Assembly (NCBI GenBank): GCA_027923505.1 | Contig: BROI01000027.1 | Location: 310,001-374,000, forward strand | DNA: 64,000 nucleotides | Reading direction: 5' to 3' | Source: Mayamaea pseudoterrestris | Lineage: Eukaryota | Shown: positions 23,535 through 34,390 of the stretch, piece after piece | Layout: the number at the start of each line of letters is the position of its first letter | Numbering within the stretch: the first letter of the stretch is position 1 | Notes under the pieces: generated by a model | Seen by the model: only the letters and a program-made list of their open reading frames with translations | Databases searched by the model: none | What the model was told of the DNA's origin: nothing | Translations under genes and position numbers: made by a program

Positions 23535-24689
23535 ATGCGATCTGTTTTGCTTGCATTTGTATTGACGGGTTCCGCAGCGGCGTTTTCAAATTGTCCATCC
23601 AAAATCTCGCACAGAACACCAGCAACGTCGCGTCAATGGCAGTCATCGGTTCGACGTTCCGCCGTCAATGGAGCGACAGCGACGGCAGATCCGTCCAACG
23701 CAACAAGCGACAAAAGTAAAGCAGATTTGATTAAAAGCATTCGACTGAATGTCAATGAACAGGCGCGAACCGTGACAGCCGTCTGCACCTCCGGAACACT
23801 TTGTACACTGTCGTCGCACGGAGGACTTGAGGGCGCACCCTTTGGATCACTCGTCGACTATGTACTTGACGATCAAGGCTGTCCGGTTTTGCTAATGAAT
23901 GACATGTCCATGCATACAATCAATATTCAAAAAGCCATGCAAGAGAGCTCCAATCAAGGCCAGTCGGCCCAAGCCATGGTGACACTCTTTATCCAACTGG
24001 GCAGCAGCAGTCAAACGGCCGCCAGTAGCAGTACCGGCAAAAGCAGCAATCGGCAGCAGGATGTTTCACGATGCAGTGTGACTGGGAATTTGGTAAAGTT
24101 GGACATGAAGAATACGGCAGACATGGATATACTGCGACTACGATATTCGCTGACGCATTCCTATGCTGATCAAGTATTGGATTCGCCAAAATTCTCCTTG
24201 TATCGATTGGTACCAACTGCTATTTACTACGTTGGTGGCTTTGGAGTCCAAGCGACATGGGTGGATCCGCAAGAGTATCAACTCGCCAATCCCGATATTC
24301 TCGCGACGGAAGCATCCGAGATTCTTCGCAAACTGAATCAACCAACGCACTGGGACGACTTGAGACTTACGGCGCAGCAAGTATTGGGCTTGGTAGACCA
24401 AGAGATTGAAACTATTCGAGTCACGACAGTGGATCGATTGGGAATGGACTTGCGAGTCACAACGCAGGCGGCTGGGTCACGACGAAAGACCAAGTTAGAG
24501 ACGAACGAGTATCGGATTGGCTTTCGTATTCCTGTTCGATCCGTTGAGGATGCCAAGAGTGAGATACTAAAAGTGTTCCAAGAAGCATGGGAAGCGGCAA
24601 ATTGGCCGGATGATGACGACGATGACCAAGGCGCTGTGGACGCGAATAGAATACCTTTTGTCAAGATTGCTGCGGATAGTTTGCAGTAA
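23535..24689 (+). CDS. Plastid-targeted glutamyl-tRNA reductase-binding protein / HugZ-like split-barrel protein
   Basis: Bipartite presequence MRSVLLAFVLTGSAAA-F; SGTLCTLS...GAPFGSLVDYVLDDQGCPVLL, YYVGGFG, A.PD.LA, VDRLGMDLRV, EYRIGF...VEDAKSE. Confidence 0.8.
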   Translation: MRSVLLAFVLTGSAAAFSNCPSKISHRTPATSRQWQSSVRRSAVNGATATADPSNATSDKSKADLIKSIRLNVNEQARTVTAVCTSGTLCTLSSHGGLEGAPFGSLVDYVLDDQGCPVLLMNDMSMHTINIQKAMQESSNQGQSAQAMVTLFIQLGSSSQTAASSSTGKSSNRQQDVSRCSVTGNLVKLDMKNTADMDILRLRYSLTHSYADQVLDSPKFSLYRLVPTAIYYVGGFGVQATWVDPQEYQLANPDILATEASEILRKLNQPTHWDDLRLTAQQVLGLVDQEIETIRVTTVDRLGMDLRVTTQAAGSRRKTKLETNEYRIGFRIPVRSVEDAKSEILKVFQEAWEAANWPDDDDDDQGAVDANRIPFVKIAADSLQ

Positions 24690-24917
24690 TCTATTAAGCA
24701 AATTTTAAGGGTTGCTCAGTTAGTTGTACACTTTCTATCAAAGATTTTGTGGCGTGGTGTTATGAAAAGATTTCATTTGTAATGTGCTGGACTAGGCATA
24801 TTGTTGGTAAATCTCACGTTGTCGGTAGCGTCACGTGATGTCTTGGGCAGCCTTGTACTTTCTTCATCGTTTGCGTTGCTTACTGAAAGGATAAACGACC
24901 CCATCCGAGATATCTCG

Positions 24918-27900
24918 TCAAGCGTTTTTGGCGGAACTGTATTGCTTGTGCTCGCCATGTTGCGACAACGCCTCGCGCCAAGACGCTTGACGACCCGGGT
25001 TTACAGGTCTACTCGTGCTGAGGATTTCAGAAGGTTCTGCAACGTTGTCGATACTTTGCCGCATCAAAGGCTTGCGTCTTTCCATGTCAACAAGCCTTCC
25101 AGAGCGCAAGTCCGGATGATTCTCATCCTGCGCTTCGCTTGGCTGCAAATTTTGTAAGCTTTTGCGCAATGCTTCATTGATTGAGGTAGGCTGAGTCATT
25201 TTCTCCAAAAATGCTTCATCAACGACAAAAGATTGCGCAACTTTTCTGCGCGCGTGCAAAACTTCTGCGCCAGGATGCTCAGTAGGAGAAGATAATGTCC
25301 TCCAAGCTGCCCGAAGACTGTCGACAGGAAGGCCTTCCAATACTTTTTCCGTCGTTGCGGGTGTTTCGCCAACAAAAGCGCCATTTACAGTGTTTTTAAA
25401 GGCTACAGCATCGTGGCTTCCGTGGTTTCTTGAGACCGTACTTCCCGAAACACTGAATCGTTTCTTAGATACCTTTTGATTCTTACTGTCAGTGCGCTCG
25501 ATTGGTCTCGGAGCGTTTCTTTGCCCAACCTTGCGGCCTTTTGCTGTTTTGTTGTCTGCGCCGAGCCCCATGCTCATCGTCTTTCCCGAAGATTGCCTTC
25601 TCACAAGCGCATCTTTTAATGTCATAATCGCTCCAGTTCGATTGGAAGCTCGTTCAAAAGCATTCAATCCAAGTTTAATGGTTTTGCTCGCAGCTAGGAG
25701 AGTTGTCGGTGTGTAAGAAGGAGTGTATGCTCGGTCGATAAGCAGTTTGTCATCACTTTGAGCCAACAGCTTGCCTTTCCCGAACAATTTCGAAAGTACG
25801 CTCCTACCGTCATTGATAGATATCATTTGATCCTCCACATGAAACCGATGACTTGACTGGCTGTGTTTTAAGATTATTCTTTGGCCGACCAGTCCACCCA
25901 GTAGAAAAAGTGCTAGCAGTATCATTGCTCCAGCCATGCGTCCTTTACATGTCACGTCGGTATACCTTAGGCGAGCATCTCCACCATGACGCGTAAAATG
26001 ATCGGAGGTCGCCGAGTCGAAAGAAGTTAACTGCTCATCCGTGTCAATCTGATCAAGCAAGTTCGCTCGCCCCTTCTTCTCATTCGAAGGTGCACTCGAA
26101 GGTGTATAATTGCGGACCTGAGGTTGAACCGGACAATTATTCCCTTCACACGTCGCATGAGGTGTAGAAGAAGAATCCATTTTGCTCGTTATGTATGTTC
26201 CATAAGCCCTTTGGATACAGAGCGCAGCAGCTCGTCGTTTCAAATTCACCCCGTGAGCCAAATAACGCCGCCAAGAAGCTTGAATAACAGTTGCTCGCTG
26301 CTCAAGTAGAACCTGCCGTTTGTAGACGTTTCTCGCCTTTTGGAAACGCATTGCGCGCAGCACGATACGTGCAGAATGCTTACGTCGCACAAAACCCTTG
26401 AGAGCACAATAACGCCGCCATGCAGCTTGTACAGTCACAGCCTTACTTTCCGACCTATCGCTGCTGTTATTGCCGCACTGATTTTTCGTGATATTTTCCA
26501 GGTGGTCCGGCATTGTTCCAAAGGACGGTTCAGCTTCGGGCTCAGTCGCAGACATTTGATGCTGCCTATTTCCGAGCAGATTTCTGTTTGCTTCGTCTAT
26601 GTTGGAAGATATTAAAAGCATTGGTTCGTCGTCTGTCAAAATCATCAAACCTTCTGCCATAGCTTTTACAGCCTTTCTTTCAACGCTGATTAATGGCGAC
26701 CCATGCGCATCATGCCTTTGCCAGGCACACTGTCCTTGCCGAGATGCGCTAATCTCATCGGCAAGGCATACACTCTCCAGTCCACACACCGGTTGTCGCT
26801 CGGTAGCTTTATCTGGCGCGCTCAATGCCGTCACGGGGCTTGGAACGGTCGCGACAGGTATTTGGCTGCCCCTGACCACTGTTAAAGGCTTCCATTTAAG
26901 CAAGGCCCCTTTAGAATATAAATTGTCTTGATTGGAAAGTCGTGGAGAGAGATTTTTTCCTGTAGACTCGGGGACCCACTTCCTTCGGAAAAACATGGAT
27001 GTGACAATGAGCATGTTGCGTGTGCGTAACCGCCGGCAGAGTTTCCGACAAAGCACGCACCGTATGAAGCTTTGGATTAAAACGGCAGCAGCCGTCGCGC
27101 ACCTCCCTTGTTGGGAAGCAATGTGCATTCGTACCGTAGCTTGGATTTTGATCGCGGATCGACGTTGAGAAGAGTATCGACTGCAGCACTGAACCTTCCG
27201 CCAATACCGCTGTACTGCCAAAGCACTGAGATGCACTTTCTCCAGCTTTACTTCCTCGTACACCAACCGCGCTTGATTGCACCGATACATGCACTGTATT
27301 TTGGTTGTTGCGACGACTCTCGCCAACGACTCTTTGCGACACTTATAACGTCGCCAGTATTCAATGATCAAAATGACAGCCTCGGTTCTTCTAAGCAGTA
27401 AAAATCTTTCTGCCGTACGACACAAGTGACCCCGCAAGGTAGCTTGAATTTTCTGGGCCCCTCGTTTACGAACAATCATCTCGCGCAATAGGGCTCGACA
27501 TTGATGAGCCCGAACTTGAGCTTGCAATTTTGTGCAATTGGCTTTACTCGTACGGAATGACCTCTTCGCCAAAAAAAGGCGCACGTTGCTTTGTATTTGC
27601 ACTGCAGACCTTGACATAGCTAAAGTGATCGATCGCAGCAATTTGACGTGCTTCACAGCGAGTAATCTTCGAAAGAATGATTGTATTTGTAAGGCGGCCA
27701 AACGCCTCTGATGTAGCAATCGCATTGCATGACGCCGCCGAACCCAAGTCTGCAGAACAACAGTTGATTGTCTCGACAATTTCAAAGCCTGATGCGCAAG
27801 CTTGCGTCGCCATGTCGTTTGTATTTGAATTGCGGAAGCTTCTTTACGCAGCGCCTCAGAGCGTAAACGAGCGAGTCGGGTTATCGCCCGCAATCGGCGA

Positions 27901-30386
27901 ACTCTCCGACGAGCTTGATATTTTCTAATCGAACTCTGCATCTTTATCACAGCAGCATTTTGTTTGACAAGTTGCCGAGAAACTCGATGGCGTCTGACGC
28001 AGGCTTGGATAGTGATTGCAGCTTTCTTGGCTGATTGGTAAGCCGACCGTGCTGCAAAGCTTCTCCAATAACAGCACATCATTAATGACGCCTTGTTACG
28101 CAAGTTTTGCGCACGAAGTTGCGCTGTCGCAAGCCGCGCCAAACGACCCCGCACAGTAGTTTGAGTTTTCACAATTATCGCTCGTTGCCTTTGGAAAACC
28201 ATCATTGCGCTGCGCCTTCTTATGACCGATTGTAGTAACAGAATTGCAGATTGACGAGTTCCAAACAGTTTCTGAGCTAAAAGCCTGCGCAAGCAGTTTT
28301 GAATGGTAATTGCTGCCGCGTGCTGCTTTACACGAGCAATAAGTTTGATGGTCTGACAACGCTCGATGTGGCCACGAACAACAGCTTGCACAGAAATCGC
28401 TGCCATATGCTGCTGCGCCCGACCAAGTATGTCAACAGTTTGACAACGAGCAACATGACCACGAATTGCAGCTTGGAGTTTAATGGCTGCCATGTGTTGC
28501 TGTGCGCGCGCAATAATGTCGATGGTCTGACAGCGAGCAACATGACCGCGAATGATGGCTTGTATCTCAACTGCTGCCTCATGCTGCTTCACTCGAACTA
28601 AAACACCTTTAGCTTCACGCCGTACAAGATACGCCCGGGTCACAGCTTGTAGCCTCTTTATCACTCCTTTGTATTTTGCAAATTGTCGTTCATGCTGATT
28701 CGCTCGCAAGCAAGCTTGAATCTTAACCATAGATCTTTTGGCAAGCAAATACCTTCGTGTAAACGCTGCAGCTCGCCACATGCTGGCAAGTTTGGTGGCT
28801 GCCATTGCTTGTCGAACGCAATCATACAATTCAATTGCTCTGTGTCGTTCATGGCTTCCTCGAATTACAGCTTGAAGCCGTATCACTAAAAGTAAACGCC
28901 TTTGGAAGCAATCTACCGCATGGTTTCGACGAATATGAGCTTGAATAGTAATGATGCAGAGTCGAACAATTCTCCAATGCTTCCGCTGCAAATGGCACCG
29001 AAGCAAGCATTGGATTTTAGTGGCTGCATTCATCATCTGATTGGCTGTCCACCTGAATTTAGCCTCCCGTCTCGCCACGCAGCCTCGTTGAAACGCTTGA
29101 ATCGTCAAAGCGGCAGTTCCTTGTTCGTCAAGCAATCGAACAACCCAAAAACGCCGCCAGCAAGATTGTAAACGCCTTGTGGCAATCAAAGCAGTCACTA
29201 AATTTTGCTGCGCATGCCATGTTCGACACTGAGATTGTACTACAACGGCGGCCAGCGTCACTCTTCTCCGCGTACATATAACAGTGGCGCGCCTCCGCTC
29301 ACAATGTCCGCGCAGCACGGCCTGCAATTGCATTACAACTACCACTCCCTGAAGATACTGTTTGATGGCTAGATATCGTCTTATATTGGCTTGAATTGTA
29401 GTTGCCGCTTGCTTTGCAGCTTGAAACGTTCGTTGCGCTTTGTAGCGCCGCCAAGCATTGGCAATGTTCGTCGCTGCCAGCAGTTTTAGTTGTATTCGAC
29501 GAAACTTTAGATTGCAGCCATGCACTTGATGCAAATACGTGACGGCCGCCGCTCGATCAGCTACAAAGTCTCGCGTCTCTTGATGCGCTCTCCAAAAGTC
29601 TTTCATCGCTCGCACTGCCGCAGCAATTCGTTGCCGCGCGCGTCGGGTGGAAACGTTGGTGCGAGCCGCAAAGCGGCGAAACAACGACTGAATCATGATC
29701 GCACTGGAGCGACATTTTTGAAACGTTTTCACGGCAATGTAGCATCTCACTTGACTCTGCACGGTAACAATGGCCTGATGGGCCCGCCCGACGCTGGGAT
29801 GCAGTCGACGCAGCGTCAGATAGAGTCGTTCCGCCAAGTAGCACCTCCACGTAGCTTGTATGCGTACAATGGAGCATAGCTGCACGCGCCGTCTCATTTG
29901 CTTGACAATATTGACAATCGTTCGATCAATATTGCCTCGAAACAGGGCTTGCATAATGGTCGCCGCGTACTTTTGATCAAGGTAGTTGCTTCGCGTTGAA
30001 TAGGCGCGCCACAGTGCTTGCCACTGGATGGCGGCGTCTCGCGTCTGAATCAGTAGACGCAATTTCGCGGCAAACCGCAGTCGCTCCAGTCTGGCTCTCA
30101 CAAGCGACTGCGATTGAATGACGGCGCGACGAAATTTTAAGTAACTTGATTGCGCCAAGAATGTTCGCACCACCGACTGCATGACTTGCACTGCCTGTTG
30201 CAGGCGCATGAATTCCGCTTCACCGAGACAGAGACGCATGAGGCGCTCCGCTTCCAAGGCAGTCATGCTGGAAGTCATTGTATTCATGCTTTGCATGGAC
30301 TGAATCGTCGAGTCGTCGGCATTGTGTAACTGAAATGCCGACTGCTGCTGCTGCTGCTGTCGCTCTCGTTGAATTCGGTCGGACAT
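24918..30386 (-). CDS. Giant poly-IQ (ASPM-like repeat) protein with C-terminal TM helix
   Basis: 1822-aa ORF with dozens of IQ motifs (IQAIIRGHVAR, LQAAIRGHVAR, IQATLRGHLCR); TM segment MAGAMILLALFLLGGLVG. Confidence 0.9.
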   Translation of the reverse strand: MSDRIQRERQQQQQQSAFQLHNADDSTIQSMQSMNTMTSSMTALEAERLMRLCLGEAEFMRLQQAVQVMQSVVRTFLAQSSYLKFRRAVIQSQSLVRARLERLRFAAKLRLLIQTRDAAIQWQALWRAYSTRSNYLDQKYAATIMQALFRGNIDRTIVNIVKQMRRRVQLCSIVRIQATWRCYLAERLYLTLRRLHPSVGRAHQAIVTVQSQVRCYIAVKTFQKCRSSAIMIQSLFRRFAARTNVSTRRARQRIAAAVRAMKDFWRAHQETRDFVADRAAAVTYLHQVHGCNLKFRRIQLKLLAATNIANAWRRYKAQRTFQAAKQAATTIQANIRRYLAIKQYLQGVVVVMQLQAVLRGHCERRRATVICTRRRVTLAAVVVQSQCRTWHAQQNLVTALIATRRLQSCWRRFWVVRLLDEQGTAALTIQAFQRGCVARREAKFRWTANQMMNAATKIQCLLRCHLQRKHWRIVRLCIITIQAHIRRNHAVDCFQRRLLLVIRLQAVIRGSHERHRAIELYDCVRQAMAATKLASMWRAAAFTRRYLLAKRSMVKIQACLRANQHERQFAKYKGVIKRLQAVTRAYLVRREAKGVLVRVKQHEAAVEIQAIIRGHVARCQTIDIIARAQQHMAAIKLQAAIRGHVARCQTVDILGRAQQHMAAISVQAVVRGHIERCQTIKLIARVKQHAAAITIQNCLRRLLAQKLFGTRQSAILLLQSVIRRRSAMMVFQRQRAIIVKTQTTVRGRLARLATAQLRAQNLRNKASLMMCCYWRSFAARSAYQSAKKAAITIQACVRRHRVSRQLVKQNAAVIKMQSSIRKYQARRRVRRLRAITRLARLRSEALRKEASAIQIQTTWRRKLAHQALKLSRQSTVVLQTWVRRRHAMRLLHQRRLAALQIQSFFRRLLAVKHVKLLRSITLAMSRSAVQIQSNVRLFLAKRSFRTSKANCTKLQAQVRAHQCRALLREMIVRKRGAQKIQATLRGHLCRTAERFLLLRRTEAVILIIEYWRRYKCRKESLARVVATTKIQCMYRCNQARLVYEEVKLEKVHLSALAVQRYWRKVQCCSRYSSQRRSAIKIQATVRMHIASQQGRCATAAAVLIQSFIRCVLCRKLCRRLRTRNMLIVTSMFFRRKWVPESTGKNLSPRLSNQDNLYSKGALLKWKPLTVVRGSQIPVATVPSPVTALSAPDKATERQPVCGLESVCLADEISASRQGQCAWQRHDAHGSPLISVERKAVKAMAEGLMILTDDEPMLLISSNIDEANRNLLGNRQHQMSATEPEAEPSFGTMPDHLENITKNQCGNNSSDRSESKAVTVQAAWRRYCALKGFVRRKHSARIVLRAMRFQKARNVYKRQVLLEQRATVIQASWRRYLAHGVNLKRRAAALCIQRAYGTYITSKMDSSSTPHATCEGNNCPVQPQVRNYTPSSAPSNEKKGRANLLDQIDTDEQLTSFDSATSDHFTRHGGDARLRYTDVTCKGRMAGAMILLALFLLGGLVGQRIILKHSQSSHRFHVEDQMISINDGRSVLSKLFGKGKLLAQSDDKLLIDRAYTPSYTPTTLLAASKTIKLGLNAFERASNRTGAIMTLKDALVRRQSSGKTMSMGLGADNKTAKGRKVGQRNAPRPIERTDSKNQKVSKKRFSVSGSTVSRNHGSHDAVAFKNTVNGAFVGETPATTEKVLEGLPVDSLRAAWRTLSSPTEHPGAEVLHARRKVAQSFVVDEAFLEKMTQPTSINEALRKSLQNLQPSEAQDENHPDLRSGRLVDMERRKPLMRQSIDNVAEPSEILSTSRPVNPGRQASWREALSQHGEHKQYSSAKNA

Positions 30387-32504
30387 GATACAGTGATAGC
30401 TGCTAAATTATATACAAGATTGCACTGCTGTAGCTGTAGCGTCGCTTTTCAACTTTATAAATGCCTCATGATATCATTATGAATGTTCGAAAGATCCTTT
30501 CGCAGGTTGGCGGCAGAGCGTCGTCGTGTGTGATGGCTGCGTTTGCTTCAAACGTAAATCGCGGCGCAGGCGACATCTGCTGACGTCATTAACGCGTCAC
30601 GCGCTCGCCAAAATTGGTCGCAAGCAACTCGATTCGATTTGCGAAGAAGAAATCGACCAATGCGGCAGATATATCAAAGACCATGGTTGCTGGGCATGGG
30701 AGCTCAGAGAGAAGCTCCTGAAAGCCTATGGGCACTTTGCATGATGTACTATCCCGCTCCTTGAATCTCGTTCCAGTTGTTTTCCGTCAGCATGAGGTTT
30801 GTAAACTCTATACAAACACTGACGTCTTTCACCAATATGTCAAACAGCCATCCATTCATGTTTGTTCATGTATCCCTATTTCTTCTCCAAATCATACCTG
30901 TGACATAATGCACTACTGTTAATTATCTTCTACCGATCATCACAAAACGCCAATGATCATGTGAAATCACCATGAGGGTTTTGCAATGCCAAAAAGGCTC
31001 TGCAGAGGAGATTTCAGGTTAGCTCAATAGGAAAAAGTAATGCGTACGAGCCAAAGTTAGGAAGCAGTGAACTGCAAGCCTTCCTGAACTGATGGAAGTT
31101 GACCAAGCAAAGGATGACCGAGTCTTGCTTTCTTGCTCCATCCCTCTCTCTACTCTGACATTTACTGGCACTCAAGTGGACAAAAATGAGCATTGGAACC
31201 AATAATGACATATAATTATGCTGCAGCAAGTAATGGTGATTCAGTCATTGTCTAGTCAGAAAGGATTCGACAGCAATGCCATCAACATCATCCGCAATTC
31301 CTACACCATTCTCACGCCCCGACGCGACCCACCAACGTTACCGACATACCCCATAAGGCAAAAAGGAAGCAATTTGTGACATATCACAAAAGCAACCAGA
31401 GCTGCTGGCAGAGTCCGCGACTACGAGGCCGCGACTATGAACCAATGGGACAAGCATCATGAGACGCGATGTTAGCGGGCGGTGTTTCGTCGTTTTGCGC
31501 GTTTCATCGTTTCATCGTTTGAAACAACGCGCGCCGCGGAGTTAGCGGGCGTTTCGTCGTTTCATTGGTTCATGCCAAAACGTCATCACACGTCATTAAT
31601 TATTAAGCCTATCATTTCGTGGGACTGAAAACCCACGATCAAAACGACATGGAATGGTCCCGCACAAACCAGCTCATAGTTTGCTCCTTGATGAATCTAT
31701 TGTCATTCTGTTTTGCCAGATGGCTTCTCTATAGTGATCTGGATTGCATAGTGAAAGAGCAACGGCTATATTCTTTCTTGTTTTCGTGGCAGACGCCCTA
31801 CAAGTTGTGACAGATGAACGCGTTTTCCTTGCGCTTTTGTCTGCTGAACAATGGATGATGAACAACATGCTTGACACCATGCAGTGGATTGCTGCAACTA
31901 TAAATATAACTCCTACTTTGTTATATATATGGATAGAGCTATTCGCCTTCCTTATATGGTTCAAGGAGCTACCATCGGCAAGTGCAGCAATTGCCACCAA
32001 AACTTGAAACCCTTTCGTACTCAATGTCCCAGCAACTCCGGAAGGCCACTGAAGCAGTTGCATGAACGCTGGATGGTACAGTACCAGCCTAGAGAAACAT
32101 GACCTGTCATCGACGCGCTCGACAGTACGCGGTGCATCGAGATATCGAGGTGTTTATAGTTTATAATATCATGGTAGGCTCATTTGCCTTTCAGGGCTTT
32201 ATAGAGCACCCAGATGCACAATAAACTCCAAATATATCTTTATATTGTAATTAGTTGTTTCTGGTACATTTGGGCTGCGGGATCAACCTCCATGGTGGCG
32301 AACAAGCCATCGAGTCTTGGAACTTGGATGGAAAAATGGCGCCAATGGAGGTTTCCGAATTTGCTGTTTTGCGGTGCAACAACACGACGTCCGCTAACAT
32401 TGCCCCTGAGATCCATGGCGCATTGACGCTGCCATCCTGCCCATTTAGCCTGGAATCGTAGTTTGGTCACCATATATACTACTCGAAGCCATTCAAGAGT
32501 CATA

Positions 32505-33581
32505 ATGAGCGATAGTAAGCTTGTCGGAGGATTGAAGCGAGAGAAGCAGCCGCCGGTACAACGAGTATGAGTGAACATTGCGTTCAGATTCAGATTGGCT
32601 CAAACGAAGCTTTCACTAATAAATTTGCCTCCTTTCATTCCAATGCTTGTTTAGCTTTCATCAGCAGAAACTCCTCCTGTAATATTGATGCTTGCTCACG
32701 ACGTCTTTTGCTGGCACGCCCCAGCACGTCTTCCAGTACCTTTGTTGTGATGAAATCAAGAGTTGCTTGGATTTGGCACGTGGAAGCAAGACTCTACACG
32801 AGCATTTGAACTGCAGGCTCAGTTCTGCAGCCACCATAGAACAAGACTCGAGATTGATGCGGAGGAGCCATTCTGTGTGGACGGTTGCATGGAGCTGCAA
32901 GATCATTTTCGCTGCAACAAGTGTAATGATTTTTATCATGGATCGGAGCTTGGCTGTGGATATTGTGGATGAACGCTTTGCTCCGCATGCGGACCTGTCC
33001 TCACCTGTGAACGCTGCCAAAATGACCATCACATTGATTGCGTAGGGTGTCATCGCATTGGGGCGTGTGATTACTGTCGTGAGAATGCCTGCTCTGATTG
33101 TGCGCCTACGTGTCAAGTTTGCACTAAAATCTGCTGTAACGACCATCCCCTCTCCCATCTGCGCCAATGCAATAAATGCGACAAGTCTGTCTGCGACTGG
33201 AAGCCGTGCAGTAATACCTGTCATTGGTGTTTAGACACTTTTTGCACGACTACGAGCTGTTGTGGACTTGTCAAGTGCGGGGATTGCAGCCAAGAAGTTT
33301 GTGAAACCTGTCAGCAACATATTAATAATGGTCCATGGATTTATGAGTGCGCCAAATGCTTGCGCCGCTCTTGTGAAAAACCTGGCTGTCGTCCCTTCAG
33401 AACCTGCGAATTGTGTGGTAAACGTTACTTCGACGACTACGACGACTGCAACTTTCTCAAGTTTTGCACGTGCAGGCACTCTGTATGCTGCAGCGACATT
33501 CGCTGCGGCGATGGCTGCAAAATTCATTCTCAATGCAAAGATTGCATTACCATGTGCGCCAAGTGTCCACACGGGGTATAA
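32505..33581 (+). pseudogene. F-box-like plus CxxC-repeat Cys-rich protein pseudogene
   Basis: ATG 32505; putative intron gtatga...tttag; F-box-like LMLAHDV../QHVFQYLCCDEIKSCL broken by frameshifts; long CxxC-rich frame with in-frame TGA at 32970-32972 continuing to TAA at 33581. Confidence 0.6.
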
Positions 33582-33713
33582 CGTATCTAAGACAAGCAGT
33601 ATTCTGGCTATCGAACCACAGGCGGATCCTTTGGACCTATATGGATCTTTTGAGGAATACAACCCTAACCCTGAGAAGGAGCGCTCGCATACCAATCAAT
33701 AGCGTAACAATAC

Positions 33714-34390
33714 TAGCAGGTATGCAACAGAAAGTAGTATCACTATGCCGTTAAAAGTAGCGCACCTCGGAATCGAACCAAGGATAACCGGCTATATCAC
33801 CTCTAAACACGCTGCTACTTTTCCGTCTGCTAGTGTACTATATGCTGCATACAAGGCACCATGCACTATGACAAGTAAAGGTATCGCTCTGGTTGCTGTT
33901 TTTCGTGTGCAACCTGCTACTCCCCTAGCTTTGCGCGTCATAGTGCTAACTCGTCTTCCGTTTCAGCTGGCATTTTCGTCTCGCGGGGGAATGTCACTTT
34001 TCAGTTTTTCCTGCGGCGTTTCGGGCTCGGCGCATCTTTGTGCACTCCCCAGGGTCCGCGACTCCCCATCGTTCGTTCGTGACAAACCCGTGCAACCAGT
34101 GAATTTTTTGCTTTTTCTTCGCTTGATTCGATCGCAACTCGAACCAGCAGCCTCAGTCCAGATCTCTCGATAGGGACGCTACCATAGCAGGTATGCAACA
34201 GAAAGTAGTATCACTATGCCGTTAAAAGTAGCGCACCTCGGAATCGAACCAAGGATAACCGGCTATATCACCTCTAAACACGCTGCTACTTTTCCGTCTG
34301 CTAGTGTACTATATGCTGCATACAAGGCACCATGCACTATGACAAGTAAAGGTATCGCTCTGGTTGCTGTTTTTCGTGTGCAACCTGCTA
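33714..34390 (-). mobile_element. TRIM (non-autonomous miniature LTR retrotransposon)
   Basis: Two identical 206-bp direct repeats (33714-33919, 34185-34390) with TAGCAGGT...ACCTGCTA ends; 265-bp non-coding interior; minus-strand PBS TGGTAGCGTCCCTA (34184-34171); purine tract AGGGGAG next to the 3' LTR; flanking duplication ATAC (extendable to AATACT). Confidence 0.9.
33753..33822 (-). ncRNA. tRNA-like Pol III module in the TRIM LTR (second copy 34224-34293)
   Basis: Minus strand: AAAAGTAGC...GCTACTTTT closing stem, T-arm CCTTGG-TTCGATT-CCGAGG with perfect B-box GGTTCGATTCC, weak A-box-like TGTTTAGAGG, and a TTTT tract. No complete anticodon arm. Confidence 0.55.

Noticed and set aside
32970..32972. 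Selenocysteine readthrough at the TGA in the Cys-rich frame
   Set aside because: The TGA is not at a CxxC Cys position, upstream frameshifts indicate decay, and no SECIS was recognised.
33753..33822. Bona fide tRNA gene
   Set aside because: No complete anticodon arm, and it lies inside both LTRs; reported as tRNA-like instead.
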